Virus record (IMG/VR): IMGVR_UViG_2681813318_000003
Source of the DNA: a virus
Taxonomy: Duplodnaviria > Heunggongvirae > Uroviricota > Caudoviricetes
Direction: 5' to 3' (one strand)
Length of the DNA stretch: 64,000 bases
Shown: piece after piece, positions 19,837 through 28,669 of the stretch
Position numbering within the stretch: the first letter of the stretch is position 1
Layout: each line of letters starts with the position of its first letter
Made by a program: the position numbers and the translations under genes
The notes under the pieces: model-generated
What the model saw: only the letters and a program-made list of their open reading frames with translations
Told to the model about the DNA's origin: nothing
The model's database searches: none

Positions 19837-19862
19837 AAAATGGCGCGGTTTGCGCGCCATTT
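19837..19862 (-). terminator. Rho-independent terminator
   Basis: GGCGCGCAAACCGCGCC hairpin followed by ATTTTATT on the minus strand, downstream of gene 19871..20266. Confidence 0.55.
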
Positions 19863-19870
19863 AAAGAGGA

Positions 19871-20266
19871 TTAAGCGAATACGCTTTCAGGGATTAAGGT
19901 GTCGGCAGGAATGCCAGAGGTAATGCGCAGACCGTACTGGCCAATCCAGGTGGTGCTGGTGTTCAGGCTGGAGGCGAATACGGTGTTAACCATATTCATC
20001 ATGGTTTCAAACACCTCTTCATCAACCTGGCGGAAGTAGTTCTCGATTTTCAGCAGCAGCGGGTCAGTTGCATCGAGAATGGACTGGTATTGAGTCGCGT
20101 ACTCGCCGCCGGAGGCATCACCTTTACGCACGATCGTACTGGCCTGTACTTCGGCACCAGTTTCGGTGTTGTACGTAACAACGGTGATTTTTGCCACATT
20201 CTTACCTTCGGCGGTTTCAGAGGCATAGTAAACATCAACTGTCAGTTTTTCGCGTTTAACGGTCAT
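19871..20266 (-). CDS. Hypothetical early protein
   Basis: 131-aa ORF with SD GGAGAG; class B palindrome and a terminator lie upstream. Confidence 0.4.
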   Translation of the reverse strand: MTVKREKLTVDVYYASETAEGKNVAKITVVTYNTETGAEVQASTIVRKGDASGGEYATQYQSILDATDPLLLKIENYFRQVDEEVFETMMNMVNTVFASSLNTSTTWIGQYGLRITSGIPADTLIPESVFA

Positions 20267-20330
20267 TTCACTCTCCGTAGTGTCTTGATTATTTTTCTAT
20301 TTTATAATCGTAGGTATGTACTTACAATAC

Positions 20331-20358
20331 AAAAAAGCCCCGTAAGGATGGCGGGGCT
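20331..20358 (-). terminator. Rho-independent terminator
   Basis: AGCCCCGCCATCCTTACGGGGCT hairpin followed by TTTTTTG on the minus strand. Confidence 0.6.
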
Positions 20359-20392
20359 GTCGTACTGTCGACTAATTACCACTTGCACATTA

Positions 20393-20704
20393 TCAGGCTA
20401 TTGCCATCACTGATGCTCTCTGAATTTCTTGCTGGGCCACGCGGTTAACTTCCATCAAGGCCAGTTCGAGCTGATGTTCCGGCCACATTCTTTGAAATGC
20501 CACCCATCCTTTTCCACGCTGGCGACGAACATTCATTACATAACGAGTAAAGGTGTTTTTATCGAAAGACACCGCTGTTTCACGGAACAGACGAATAGAA
20601 GTTCCATTGGCAACGATGTCTAGCAAAGTTAATTGAGCAACCAGTGCAGGCTTCTCTTTTCTCTTCTGGTCTTTGTCCAGACCAAGAACCAATGATTTTT
20701 TCAT
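20393..20704 (-). CDS. Hypothetical early protein
   Basis: ORF trimmed to ATG 20704 (MKKSLVLG) with SD ACGGAG; class A motif overlaps the leader. Confidence 0.4.
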   Translation of the reverse strand: MKKSLVLGLDKDQKRKEKPALVAQLTLLDIVANGTSIRLFRETAVSFDKNTFTRYVMNVRRQRGKGWVAFQRMWPEHQLELALMEVNRVAQQEIQRASVMAIA

Positions 20705-20857
20705 CACAACTCCGTAAACAACTTGTTTTCTCAATGGCGTAAATAATACCAGTAAGAAAACGGCTACAAAGCATAATGATCAGGTGCATGATCGATATGC
20801 AGGTTCCTCCCTGCGGCTATAGAGAAATTAAGCCAGCATTGCTGGCTTTGGTTGGGG

Positions 20858-21187
20858 TTACTCGAATACTTCAAGAAACTCCTGAACGTCCCAATGCTGG
20901 ACGAGGTGAAGATAGACCTTAGAAATCACGTCATTTTCGCTATCGCATGTGAAGTAGTACTTCTGGCTGCGGTTGTATGTGTCCACACAAAATTCGCTCA
21001 TATCCATAAAGTCAGCATCTTCACCCATGTCGCAAATCATCAAAGCAGGTGCGTCATCACGAGTCATCAGCTCAAGCACCCACCGCGAATTGATCAGAGT
21101 GGAAGACCAACCTTCTAACTCATAAAACTGATCAAACTCTTTTTGAGTTAATTTCTTGATTTGGTTGATGTCGATATTTGCAAACAT
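20858..21187 (-). CDS. Small acidic protein (candidate anti-restriction or DNA-mimic type)
   Basis: ORF trimmed to ATG 21187 (MFANIDI) with SD AAGGA; D/E-rich, about 109 aa; class A motif upstream. Confidence 0.4.
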   Translation of the reverse strand: MFANIDINQIKKLTQKEFDQFYELEGWSSTLINSRWVLELMTRDDAPALMICDMGEDADFMDMSEFCVDTYNRSQKYYFTCDSENDVISKVYLHLVQHWDVQEFLEVFE

Positions 21188-21198
21188 AAAGCAATCCT

Positions 21199-21236
21199 TA
21201 AACAACTTGTTTTCTCGTTGGTGTTATTATCGCAAT
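21199..21236 (-). promoter_or_regulatory. Class A promoter/leader motif (representative copy)
   Basis: Minus-strand reading TTGCGATAATAACACCAACGAGAAAACAAGTTGTTTAA: extended -10-like TGnGATAAT followed by palindrome AAACAAnTTGTTT 10-30 nt before the ATG. Related copies near 19045-19086, 19807-19827, 20714-20750, 24007-24075 (two), 31872-31892 (inverted), 34786-34820, 35501-35537, 36230-36268, 46450-46492 (two), 58371-58408. Confidence 0.5.
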
Positions 21237-21549
21237 AACGCACAGGCGAAAAAGGATTTTATTCCGGTGAATGTTGTTTTGGCAGTGAGTTTTCAGGTTC
21301 AGTATCGAGTACACTTTTTACATTATTCTGATTTAGTGGCCGAAGGTGGCTGGTGGGCAGAATAATCCTCTCCCCGAAAACCTACTGAAATCGATTGTGA
21401 CCCGTTGGCTGTCTGGCACAATTACGCTGTAGCTGGGCATTCAGAGGGAATCCAGCGGTAAGTAAGTTCGCCTGCACGTGAGCGCCTCTCTTCTTCCCGC
21501 ACATTACAGGTGGGTAGCCGCAACTCTCCCTCACGCTATACCGGTACGC

Positions 21550-21690
21550 CGCCGTTCCTGAACCGGCATCGAGCCTTTTCCCGAAATCCACACAGGCAAC
21601 TCGACCGTTTCCCTGAAAACCTCCAGCCGTTCCCCGAAGGCAACCCAGCCGTTTCTGTAGCGGGATGCAACCTTTTCCCTGTATGGACCG
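21550..21690. repeat. Second cluster of CCGTT(T)CC(C)nGAA(A) direct repeats
   Basis: CCGTTCCTGAACC, TTTTCCCGAAATCC, CCGTTTCCCTGAAAACC, CCGTTCCCCGAAGG, CCGTTTCTGTAGC, TTTTCCCTGTATGG; same orientation as cluster 18385-18535. Confidence 0.5.
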
Positions 21691-21699
21691 AAGGCTGAC

Positions 21700-22750
21700 C
21701 GTAGGGGTGTTACGGGGGATAAAATCAGGAGTTGAATAAATACGAAAAAGGAGGCGACACCCCTCCTTCCCTCCCCACTTATACATACCTGGCTTCTTCG
21801 CTATACACGTTGTGTTTTCTGCGTGTTTTATCTGTCTCAACCTCTCTATGGGCGTTAATGCACACTCCTTCCAGAACGTTCTATACGGCGACTATTTCTG
21901 TTGGTGAATTGGGTGTGTTGTTTTCTCTGTCGGTGTATGTGGTTTCGTTAGTTTTGCGGTGGTTCTTCTATGGGGTGTTCTCGTCGTTTTGGTGATTGTT
22001 CTTCTCCGTCTATGGAGTAATGGCAGGTGGGCGATTCCTTTCGTTATTGTGTTTGAGTTGTTTGTCTGGAGTGCGTGAAGGGCTTTTGTAGTTATTCGTG
22101 TATTGGGTAATGGCGTTTCCCGTGATTGTTATGTTTCGTGTCTTTTGGGATTGAGAGAAACCTTGCGGTTACAGGCTTCGTTGGGGTTTCAGTGATTCTG
22201 ATGTTTCTTCGCTGTTTGGGTAATGGCGTGTCGTGGGTATCGCGCGTATGAATGTTTTCGGATTGCCTGTGAAAGTTAGGTTGGTTCTCCGGTAGCCTGG
22301 GAAGAAGAGGTGGGTCTTTTCGGTAGCCTGCCATAAAGAGGTTGGTTGTTTTGGGAATGGCATATGTGTTATTTAGTTGTTTTGTTATGCCTGAAAATAA
22401 GTTGTTTATATGGTTATGTAACGCAACGGGAACGATTTTGAGCGTGTGTTTTTGTTGGTAGTGTGTTGGGTCGTCTGTGGTGAAAATTGGACGCTGTGGC
22501 GCTGTCTGCTGCGTAGAATTACGGGTATAAGCAGTGATGTGTGAAAACGTCAATTTTTTAGACCAAATCGGGTGAAAGCGTTGATGTTTCGTTGATCTGT
22601 TATTCAGTTGTTTTCTTGATTGTATAAACAACTATAACTTATTGATATTTAAGGATGTGATTGCGGGTATGGAAGGGGAGTAGTGGCGATCAACGGATTC
22701 TTATAGAAAAGAATCAAATTGTGACCGCCATTATCAATGAGTTGCAACCG
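21700..22750. other. About 1-kb non-coding tract with strong G+T skew on the plus strand
   Basis: No credible ORF; recurring GGTAATGGCG-type units at roughly 100-bp spacing (about 22010, 22095, 22215) and CGGTAGCCTG..AGAGGTGG duplicated. Confidence 0.4.
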
Positions 22751-23320
22751 TTAGTTGTTCAGATAAACATTTGGAACACGGACGTAGAAGTTCCTGTCGC
22801 CGGTAAGTTCCAGAGTAATGTTAATGTCATTACCATTGTCTAGTGTAGCCGTTGCTCTATAGAACTTATCCGTCACCTTGTCCTCTATTGTCACCTTCAT
22901 ACATTTTGGTGCAGTCGAACCGTTATTCTCTTTCAGAATAGTTGTCACGAGAGGGCAGGCTGCTTCTTCAAGAGCAACCTCGTCCTTGTGTGGGATGCCG
23001 ATGAAGATAACCCAAGCCAGCGACGCAACGATTATGATAAATGGCACTCTGCTGCCTTTTGTAATAGTCGCGCGCTTCCAGAGATAGACAGGCAGGAGGA
23101 ATACCCCCCATAGAATTGAAGGTGGTTCACAGCCAGACTCCGATAGAGCCATTCTGTCAGCTACTAACAAACCGATGGTAGTTACACCCCCAATTATAAT
23201 AGCGTAATTGGTATACTCTTCCGGCGATACTCCAAAGAAGAAAGGCATGAACGCTAGAATCCACGCATAAATGTTATTCAGAGGTTTTGTTTGTTGGTTC
23301 TGGGTTTCCATCACATCCAT
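22751..23320 (-). CDS. Membrane protein (about three TM helices plus C-terminal soluble domain)
   Basis: 189-aa ORF with hydrophobic segments IYAWILAFMPFFFGV, AIIIGGVTTIGLLV, FIIIVASLAWVIFIGI. Confidence 0.45.
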   Translation of the reverse strand: MDVMETQNQQTKPLNNIYAWILAFMPFFFGVSPEEYTNYAIIIGGVTTIGLLVADRMALSESGCEPPSILWGVFLLPVYLWKRATITKGSRVPFIIIVASLAWVIFIGIPHKDEVALEEAACPLVTTILKENNGSTAPKCMKVTIEDKVTDKFYRATATLDNGNDINITLELTGDRNFYVRVPNVYLNN

Positions 23321-23472
23321 TCCATCACATAAAAATCGCGTTTATATATTATCAATTTTCTCACTTGTATAACCTAAATACGCATCCGTTTATCAATCCA
23401 CCTTCCACAAACATCAGCTTTAGCTATGAAAAATAACAATCTCAAAGTGAAAACCATTATCATAGGAAACGA

Positions 23473-23658
23473 TTAGATGAGATGGTCTAATTCATCATCT
23501 ATCATTGCTTTAACACTTGAGTCATTAACCCCGTATTGATTTATGAACCGTTTCAGCTCCGGTGAAAACTGAAGGTAGATATCGTGAGCGTTTTTCACTG
23601 TAGGTTCAACGCCACGCATTTCAAGCGCCTTTAGTAGATATGAGTCTTCTTTAAGCAT
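23473..23658 (-). CDS. Hypothetical small protein
   Basis: 61-aa ORF with ATG at 23658. Confidence 0.3.
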   Translation of the reverse strand: MLKEDSYLLKALEMRGVEPTVKNAHDIYLQFSPELKRFINQYGVNDSSVKAMIDDELDHLI

Positions 23659-23694
23659 AAATTCTCCGTTGTCTAGTATGAAGCGATTGCCGGA

Positions 23695-23994
23695 TTACCA
23701 TTGCCAGCACTCTAGCCCTTCAACGACCGGTGCACCACAATCAAAATGTACAGAGTCAAAGCCTACATCAAGTACTTTCTGAATGTTCGCAATCGCGCCC
23801 TCGGATATACCATATCGACGCAACTCATCTTTCCAGTCATCGTCCTGTAACCCGGCGTGGACAATGCAACCGTACTCAATTTGTGAAACCCAATCCAGCT
23901 CATTGCTTGCGATCATGAATCGGCGAGCATCTTCCTCTGATGTATGAGATGAGCTGATCAATGCCACCTGGTAGGCTTGGGTAATGTTCAACAT
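23695..23994 (-). CDS. Hypothetical early protein
   Basis: ORF trimmed to ATG 23994 (MLNIT) with SD GGAGTGG; two class A motif copies upstream. Confidence 0.4.
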   Translation of the reverse strand: MLNITQAYQVALISSSHTSEEDARRFMIASNELDWVSQIEYGCIVHAGLQDDDWKDELRRYGISEGAIANIQKVLDVGFDSVHFDCGAPVVEGLECWQW

Positions 23995-24006
23995 TTCAAC
24001 CACTCC

Positions 24007-24075
24007 AAAACAAGTTGTTTTCTTATGTGGTTTATTATCTCCATCAACAAAAGGCAGAAAACAAATTGTTTTAGG
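24007..24075 (-). promoter_or_regulatory. Two tandem class A motif copies next to the host-like block
   Basis: AGAAAACAACTTGTTTTGG and AAAACAATTTGTTTTCTGCC on the minus strand, ending about 35 bp from the metG terminator. Confidence 0.45.
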
Positions 24076-24109
24076 TACTGTGTAAATCAGAAGGGATTGT
24101 GTCTATATG

Positions 24110-24136
24110 AAAATGCCCGGCGTGTTGCCGGGCATT
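24110..24136 (-). terminator. metG rho-independent terminator
   Basis: AATGCCCGGCAACACGCCGGGCATT hairpin followed by TTTCAT on the minus strand, about 20 nt after the metG stop. Confidence 0.6.
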
Positions 24137-24155
24137 GCGAAGAGAGGTTGTTTAA

Positions 24156-26189
24156 TTACTTAACCTGGTGGCCAGGTTTAGCACCAGCATCCGGGCTTAA
24201 CAGGAAGATATCTTTCCCGCCGGGGCCAGCAGCCATCACCATGCCTTCAGAGATACCGAAGCGCATTTTACGCGGAGCCAGGTTAGCCACCATAATTGTG
24301 TGACGACCAATCAGTGCCTGTGGGTCTGGATAAGCAGAACGGATGCCTGAGAAGACATTACGCTTTTCACCACCGAGATCCAGCGTCAGGCGCAGCAGCT
24401 TGTCAGAACCTTCAACAAACTCTGCGTTTTCAATCAGCGCCACGCGCAGGTCAACTTTAGCGAAGTCGTCAAAGGTGATGGTTTCCTGAATCGGGTCGTC
24501 TGCCAGTGGGCCAGTTACCGGTGCGGCTGTGGCTTTCACTTCTTCTTTGGATGCTTCCACCAGTGCTTCCACCTGTTTCATATCGATACGGTTATACAAT
24601 GCCTTGAACGGATTCACTTTATGGCCCAGCAGCGGTTGCTGGATACCATCCCAGGTCAGTTCTGTATTCAGGAATGCTTCTGCACGTTCAGTCAGTTTCG
24701 GCAGTACCGGTTTCAAGTACGTCATCAGCACGCGGAACAGGTTAATGCCCATAGAGCAAATCGCCTGCAGATCGGCATCGCGTCCTTCCTGCTTCGCCAC
24801 CACCCACGGAGCCTGTTCATCAACATAGCGGTTAGCCAGGTCAGCCAGTGCCATGATTTCACGGATAGCTTTACCAAATTCGCGGCTTTCCCATGCTTCG
24901 CCAATCACTTCAGCGGCATCAGTAAAGGTTTTGTACAGTTGCGGGTCAGCCAGTTCGCTTGCCAGCACGCCGTCAAAACGCTTGTTGATAAAGCCTGCAT
25001 TACGGGAGGCCAGGTTAACCACTTTGTTCACGATATCGGCATTCACGCGCTGAACGAAATCCTCCAGGTTGAGATCGATATCATCAATGCGCGAAGAGAG
25101 TTTCGCAGTGTAGTAGTAACGCAGGCTGTCGGCGTCAAAATGATTCAGCCAGGTGCTGGCTTTAATAAAGGTGCCGCGAGACTTGGACATCTTCGCGCCG
25201 TTCACCGTCACATAGCCGTGAACAAACAGGTTGGTCGGCTTGCGGAAGTTGCTGCCTTCCAGCATGGCAGGCCAGAACAGGCTGTGGAAGTAAACAATAT
25301 CTTTACCGATGAAGTGGTACAGCTCGGCGGTGGAGTCTTTCTTCCAGTATTCATCGAAGCTGGTGGTATCGCCGCGCTTGTCGCACAGATTCTTGAAGGA
25401 ACCCATGTAGCCAATCGGCGCGTCCAGCCAGACGTAGAAATATTTGCCCGGCGCGTTCGGAATTTCAAAACCGAAGTAAGGCGCATCGCGGGAGATATCC
25501 CACTGTTGCAGGCCGGATTCAAACCATTCCTGCATTTTGTTCGCCACCTGCTCCTGCAACGCGCCGCTGCGGGTCCATGCCTGCAACATTTCGCTGAAAG
25601 AAGGCAGATCAAAGAAGAAGTGTTCGGAATCACGCATTACCGGGGTAGCGCCAGAAACCACCGATTTCGGCTCGATCAATTCAGTCGGGCTATATGTTGC
25701 GCCGCAGACTTCACAGTTATCGCCGTATTGATCTGGCGCTTTACATTTCGGGCAGGTGCCTTTTACAAAACGATCCGGCAGGAACATGCCTTTTTCCGGG
25801 TCGTACAACTGAGAGATAGTGCGGTTTTTAATAAAACCGTTCTCTTTCAGGCGAGTATAGATAAGCTCAGACAACTGACGGTTCTCTTCGCTGTGCGTCG
25901 AGTGATAGTTGTCATAGCTGATGTTAAAGCCTGCGAAATCAGTCTGATGCTCATGACTCATTTCGCCAATCATCTGCTCCGGTGTGATACCAAGCTGCTG
26001 TGCTTTCAGCATGATCGGCGTACCGTGGGCATCGTCGGCACAGATGAAATTAACCTCGTGGCCGCGCATTCGCTGGTAACGAACCCAGACATCAGCCTGG
26101 ATGTGCTCCAGCATATGGCCGAGGTGGATTGAGCCGTTAGCGTACGGCAGCGCGCACGTCACCAGAATTTTCTTCGCGACTTGGGTCAT
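24156..26189 (-). CDS. metG: Methionine--tRNA ligase (host-type)
   Basis: 677-aa protein starting [31 protein letters not shown], class I HIGH motif, zinc knuckles CPKC/CEVC, KMSKS motif. Near-identical (a handful of substitutions) to Escherichia coli MetG as recalled from memory, not from a database search. The longer ORF to 26318 is an upstream read-through. Confidence 0.95.
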   Translation of the reverse strand: MTQVAKKILVTCALPYANGSIHLGHMLEHIQADVWVRYQRMRGHEVNFICADDAHGTPIMLKAQQLGITPEQMIGEMSHEHQTDFAGFNISYDNYHSTHSEENRQLSELIYTRLKENGFIKNRTISQLYDPEKGMFLPDRFVKGTCPKCKAPDQYGDNCEVCGATYSPTELIEPKSVVSGATPVMRDSEHFFFDLPSFSEMLQAWTRSGALQEQVANKMQEWFESGLQQWDISRDAPYFGFEIPNAPGKYFYVWLDAPIGYMGSFKNLCDKRGDTTSFDEYWKKDSTAELYHFIGKDIVYFHSLFWPAMLEGSNFRKPTNLFVHGYVTVNGAKMSKSRGTFIKASTWLNHFDADSLRYYYTAKLSSRIDDIDLNLEDFVQRVNADIVNKVVNLASRNAGFINKRFDGVLASELADPQLYKTFTDAAEVIGEAWESREFGKAIREIMALADLANRYVDEQAPWVVAKQEGRDADLQAICSMGINLFRVLMTYLKPVLPKLTERAEAFLNTELTWDGIQQPLLGHKVNPFKALYNRIDMKQVEALVEASKEEVKATAAPVTGPLADDPIQETITFDDFAKVDLRVALIENAEFVEGSDKLLRLTLDLGGEKRNVFSGIRSAYPDPQALIGRHTIMVANLAPRKMRFGISEGMVMAAGPGGKDIFLLSPDAGAKPGHQVK

Positions 26190-26346
26190 AGTAGGCATTA
26201 CTTCTTTGTAGTGAAAAGGGGCTTGATAGTAACAAAATGGCCTTATGTCTGCCATGTGATAACAGCATTTCTCATAAATGATTAAATGTCGTAGCTGGAG
26301 TACACTACAAGGCGACAATTGCGCAAATTAAAATAAAGGAGACGGG

Positions 26347-27447
26347 ATGAGCGAGTCCAAATCGCCGGATGCCCTGAGAGCAATGGTAGCCGGTACGCTG
26401 GCTAATTTTCAGCACCCAACCCTGAAACACAACCTGACTACGCTTAAAGCGTTACACCATGTTGCGTTGATGGATGACACACTGCATGTCGAACTAATCA
26501 TGCCTTTCGTGTGGAATAAGCCTTTTGAAGACCTGAAAGAGCAATGTAGTGGTGATCTGCTCCGTATCACTGGCGCAAAGGCTATTGACTGGAAGCTGTC
26601 GTACAACATTGCCACGCTTAAGCGCGTCAAAAACCAACCAGGCATTAATGGCGTTAAGAACATTATCGCCGTCAGCTCAGGCAAGGGCGGCGTGGGTAAA
26701 TCCTCCACGGCGGTAAACCTGGCACTGGCGTTGGCTGCTGAAGGTGCGAAAGTTGGTATTTTGGATGCCGATATCTATGGTCCATCAATTCCAACCATGC
26801 TGGGCGCGGAAAACCAACGTCCAACCTCACCTGACGGTACTCACATGGCACCTATCATGTCTCATGGCCTGGCAACCAACTCTATTGGTTATCTGGTCAC
26901 CGACGACAATGCAATGGTGTGGCGTGGACCGATGGCCAGCAAGGCGCTGATGCAGATGTTGCAGGAAACTCTATGGCCTGATCTGGACTATCTCGTTCTC
27001 GATATGCCGCCGGGCACTGGTGATATTCAGTTGACGCTGGCGCAGAACATTCCTGTAACTGGTGCGGTTGTGGTAACTACGCCGCAAGACATCGCGCTGA
27101 TCGATGCGAAGAAAGGCATTGTGATGTTCGAAAAAGTCGAAGTGCCGGTACTGGGTATCGTCGAAAACATGAGTGTGCATATTTGCAGTAACTGCGGTCA
27201 TCACGAGCCAATTTTTGGCACCGGTGGCGCACAGAAACTGGCCGAGAAATACAACACGCAGTTGTTAGGCCAAATGCCACTTCATATCTCTCTTCGTGAA
27301 GATCTGGATAACGGAACACCAACCGTTATTAGTCGTCCAGATAGCGAATTTACGGCTATTTATCGTGACCTCGCAGATCGCGTTGCTGCCCAAATGTATT
27401 GGCAAGGTGAAGTAATACCTGGCGAAATCGCATTCCGCGCAGTGTGA
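26347..27447 (+). CDS. apbC: Fe-S cluster carrier ATPase Mrp/ApbC (host-type)
   Basis: 366 aa, P-loop SGKGGVGKS, CxxC motif ICSNCGHHEP; divergent from metG with a 157-bp intergenic region as in the enterobacterial chromosome. Confidence 0.95.
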   Translation: MSESKSPDALRAMVAGTLANFQHPTLKHNLTTLKALHHVALMDDTLHVELIMPFVWNKPFEDLKEQCSGDLLRITGAKAIDWKLSYNIATLKRVKNQPGINGVKNIIAVSSGKGGVGKSSTAVNLALALAAEGAKVGILDADIYGPSIPTMLGAENQRPTSPDGTHMAPIMSHGLATNSIGYLVTDDNAMVWRGPMASKALMQMLQETLWPDLDYLVLDMPPGTGDIQLTLAQNIPVTGAVVVTTPQDIALIDAKKGIVMFEKVEVPVLGIVENMSVHICSNCGHHEPIFGTGGAQKLAEKYNTQLLGQMPLHISLREDLDNGTPTVISRPDSEFTAIYRDLADRVAAQMYWQGEVIPGEIAFRAV

Positions 27448-27452
27448 TAAAA

Positions 27453-27478
27453 AGGCGGTGCATTGCACCGCCTAATCA
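27453..27478. terminator. Bidirectional terminator shared by mrp and the UmuD'-like gene
   Basis: GGCGGTGCATTGCACCGCC hairpin flanked by AAAAA on the plus side (T-run on the minus strand). Confidence 0.55.
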
Positions 27479-27484
27479 GTTCTC

Positions 27485-27874
27485 CTACATCACGGGACAA
27501 TCATCAAACTCGCCACTTCTTGCGTCGTTGATAATGTGAGTGATCACACCAAACACGGCATTGCTGCCCGTGCATCCATCGTCATCCTTTGGCAATGCTT
27601 CCTTCTTACCGGTTCTTAAATCCTCCAGATGCTGACGTGGGTACTTCCGGTATCTTTTTACGCGATATTCCCCACCCAGAGCGCATACAAGCAGAGAACC
27701 ATCAACCGGGGTAAGTGAGGAATCGACCACCAGCAATGCACCCTGTAATATTCCCTCACGATGATGACTATCAGCTGCCCTCATGAAGTAGGTCGCTGAA
27801 GGATGTCTAATTATCTGCTGATCAAGAGAAATACGGCTCTCAGCATAATCCGCCGCAGGAGAAGGGAAGCCCAT
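27485..27874 (-). CDS. UmuD'-like peptidase S24 protein encoded in pre-processed form (HumD-like)
   Basis: Starts MGFPSPAADY, corresponding to UmuD residues just after the Cys24-Gly25 autocleavage site; HPSATYF motif; Ser (ADSH) and Lys (RVKRYRK) of the catalytic dyad present; in-frame TAA five codons upstream excludes a longer N-terminus. Confidence 0.8.
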   Translation of the reverse strand: MGFPSPAADYAESRISLDQQIIRHPSATYFMRAADSHHREGILQGALLVVDSSLTPVDGSLLVCALGGEYRVKRYRKYPRQHLEDLRTGKKEALPKDDDGCTGSNAVFGVITHIINDARSGEFDDCPVM

Positions 27875-27890
27875 AATACTCGCCTCTTAA

Positions 27891-27910
27891 TACTGTATAT
27901 ACATACAGTA
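27891..27910. promoter_or_regulatory. LexA (SOS) box
   Basis: TACTGTATATACATACAGTA, a CTGT-N8-ACAG match to the SOS-box consensus, 17 nt upstream of the UmuD'-like ATG and overlapping a TTCAAA-17-TATACT promoter on the minus strand. Confidence 0.75.
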
Positions 27911-27964
27911 TATGTTGAAGCTATATATTTTTGAACTCTATCTCTTAAAAAAGATGTTAATAAG

Positions 27965-28207
27965 ATGCTAACTATTGAAAGGCATAAATATATACAATTC
28001 CATCAAACGTTATTTTTAACAAATTTTTTCTCTCCGTTGACTTTTGCGAAAGCCTTGTCTGGCCTAAATTGCGCGGAAGATACTTTTTCCTTCCTGAGTT
28101 ATCCACAGAGTTATGCACTTGCATGCATAACCTATACACACTATCTTAATTCGCAAGACACTGATGTTGCGGTATTGAAGGTTCATTGGGTTAAAAATAG
28201 ACATTAA
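27965..28207 (+). CDS. Hypothetical small hydrophobic protein (low confidence)
   Basis: 80-aa ORF divergent from the SOS-controlled gene, followed immediately by a terminator; weak SD. Confidence 0.25.
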   Translation: MLTIERHKYIQFHQTLFLTNFFSPLTFAKALSGLNCAEDTFSFLSYPQSYALACITYTHYLNSQDTDVAVLKVHWVKNRH

Positions 28208-28236
28208 AAAGCCCAGTTGACTAGGCTGGGCTTTTT
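28206..28236. terminator. Bidirectional rho-independent terminator
   Basis: AAAAAGCCCAGTTGACTAGGCTGGGCTTTTT. Confidence 0.6.
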
Positions 28237-28271
28237 AAAAGGAAACAGAGTTTGCGCCTCTGTTCCTGAGC

Positions 28272-28572
28272 CATAAGTATCTGGCGACTGAGCTAAGATT
28301 AACCGAATGTACTGGATTCATCAAGAAACGTTGAGCCGTCATGCTAGGTAATAATGACCATTTACCAAACATCGTTGTTCTCAAAGAAGATTTAAGTCCA
28401 GGTTTTTGGTGACTCTAAAACCTTACCTTAACTCGAAATCGTGCCGTAAGTATCTGGCGACTACAGATATTGCAACTGCAAAGGCAAGCTCAAAGGTATT
28501 TGCAGCTAGGTGCGATAAAACTAAGTGAGGCCTATAGTGCTTAACTTACTTTTCAAAATCGTGCCGCCTATG
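28272..28572. repeat. Two tandem imperfect repeat units in a non-coding region
   Basis: Both units begin with TAAGTATCTGGCGACT (28276 and 28449) and end with AAATCGTGCCG (28437 and 28555); no ORF. Confidence 0.45.
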
Positions 28573-28630
28573 TTCGCAATCATCGAAGCGATCATTGAGT
28601 ACGTCAACCAGCGCCCATAATGCTAGTTGT

Positions 28631-28660
28631 TACCGGCCCCATCCAAATGGGGCCATTTTA
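28631..28660 (+). terminator. Rho-independent terminator
   Basis: CCGGCCCCATCCAAATGGGGCC followed by ATTTTATT. Confidence 0.55.
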
Positions 28661-28669
28661 TTGTATTGA

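Noticed and set aside
21382-21840. 152-aa minus-strand ORF and 87-aa plus-strand ORF across the repeat cluster
   Set aside because: They span the CCGTT repeat array and hairpins; periodic repeats generate open frames by chance.
22092-22631. 179-aa minus-strand ORF within the GT-skewed tract
   Set aside because: Translation is low-complexity (Pro/Thr/Gln/His-rich) and arises from the strand bias; no SD.
24621-26132. 503-aa plus-strand ORF, the longest unassigned ORF in the track
   Set aside because: It lies entirely antisense inside metG, which has an unambiguous MetRS translation; a shadow ORF.
24156-26189. metG as a phage-evolved auxiliary aminoacyl-tRNA synthetase
   Set aside because: Near identity to the host enzyme plus retention of the native divergent partner and terminators points to recent capture of a chromosomal segment or an assembly artefact, not a diverged phage gene.
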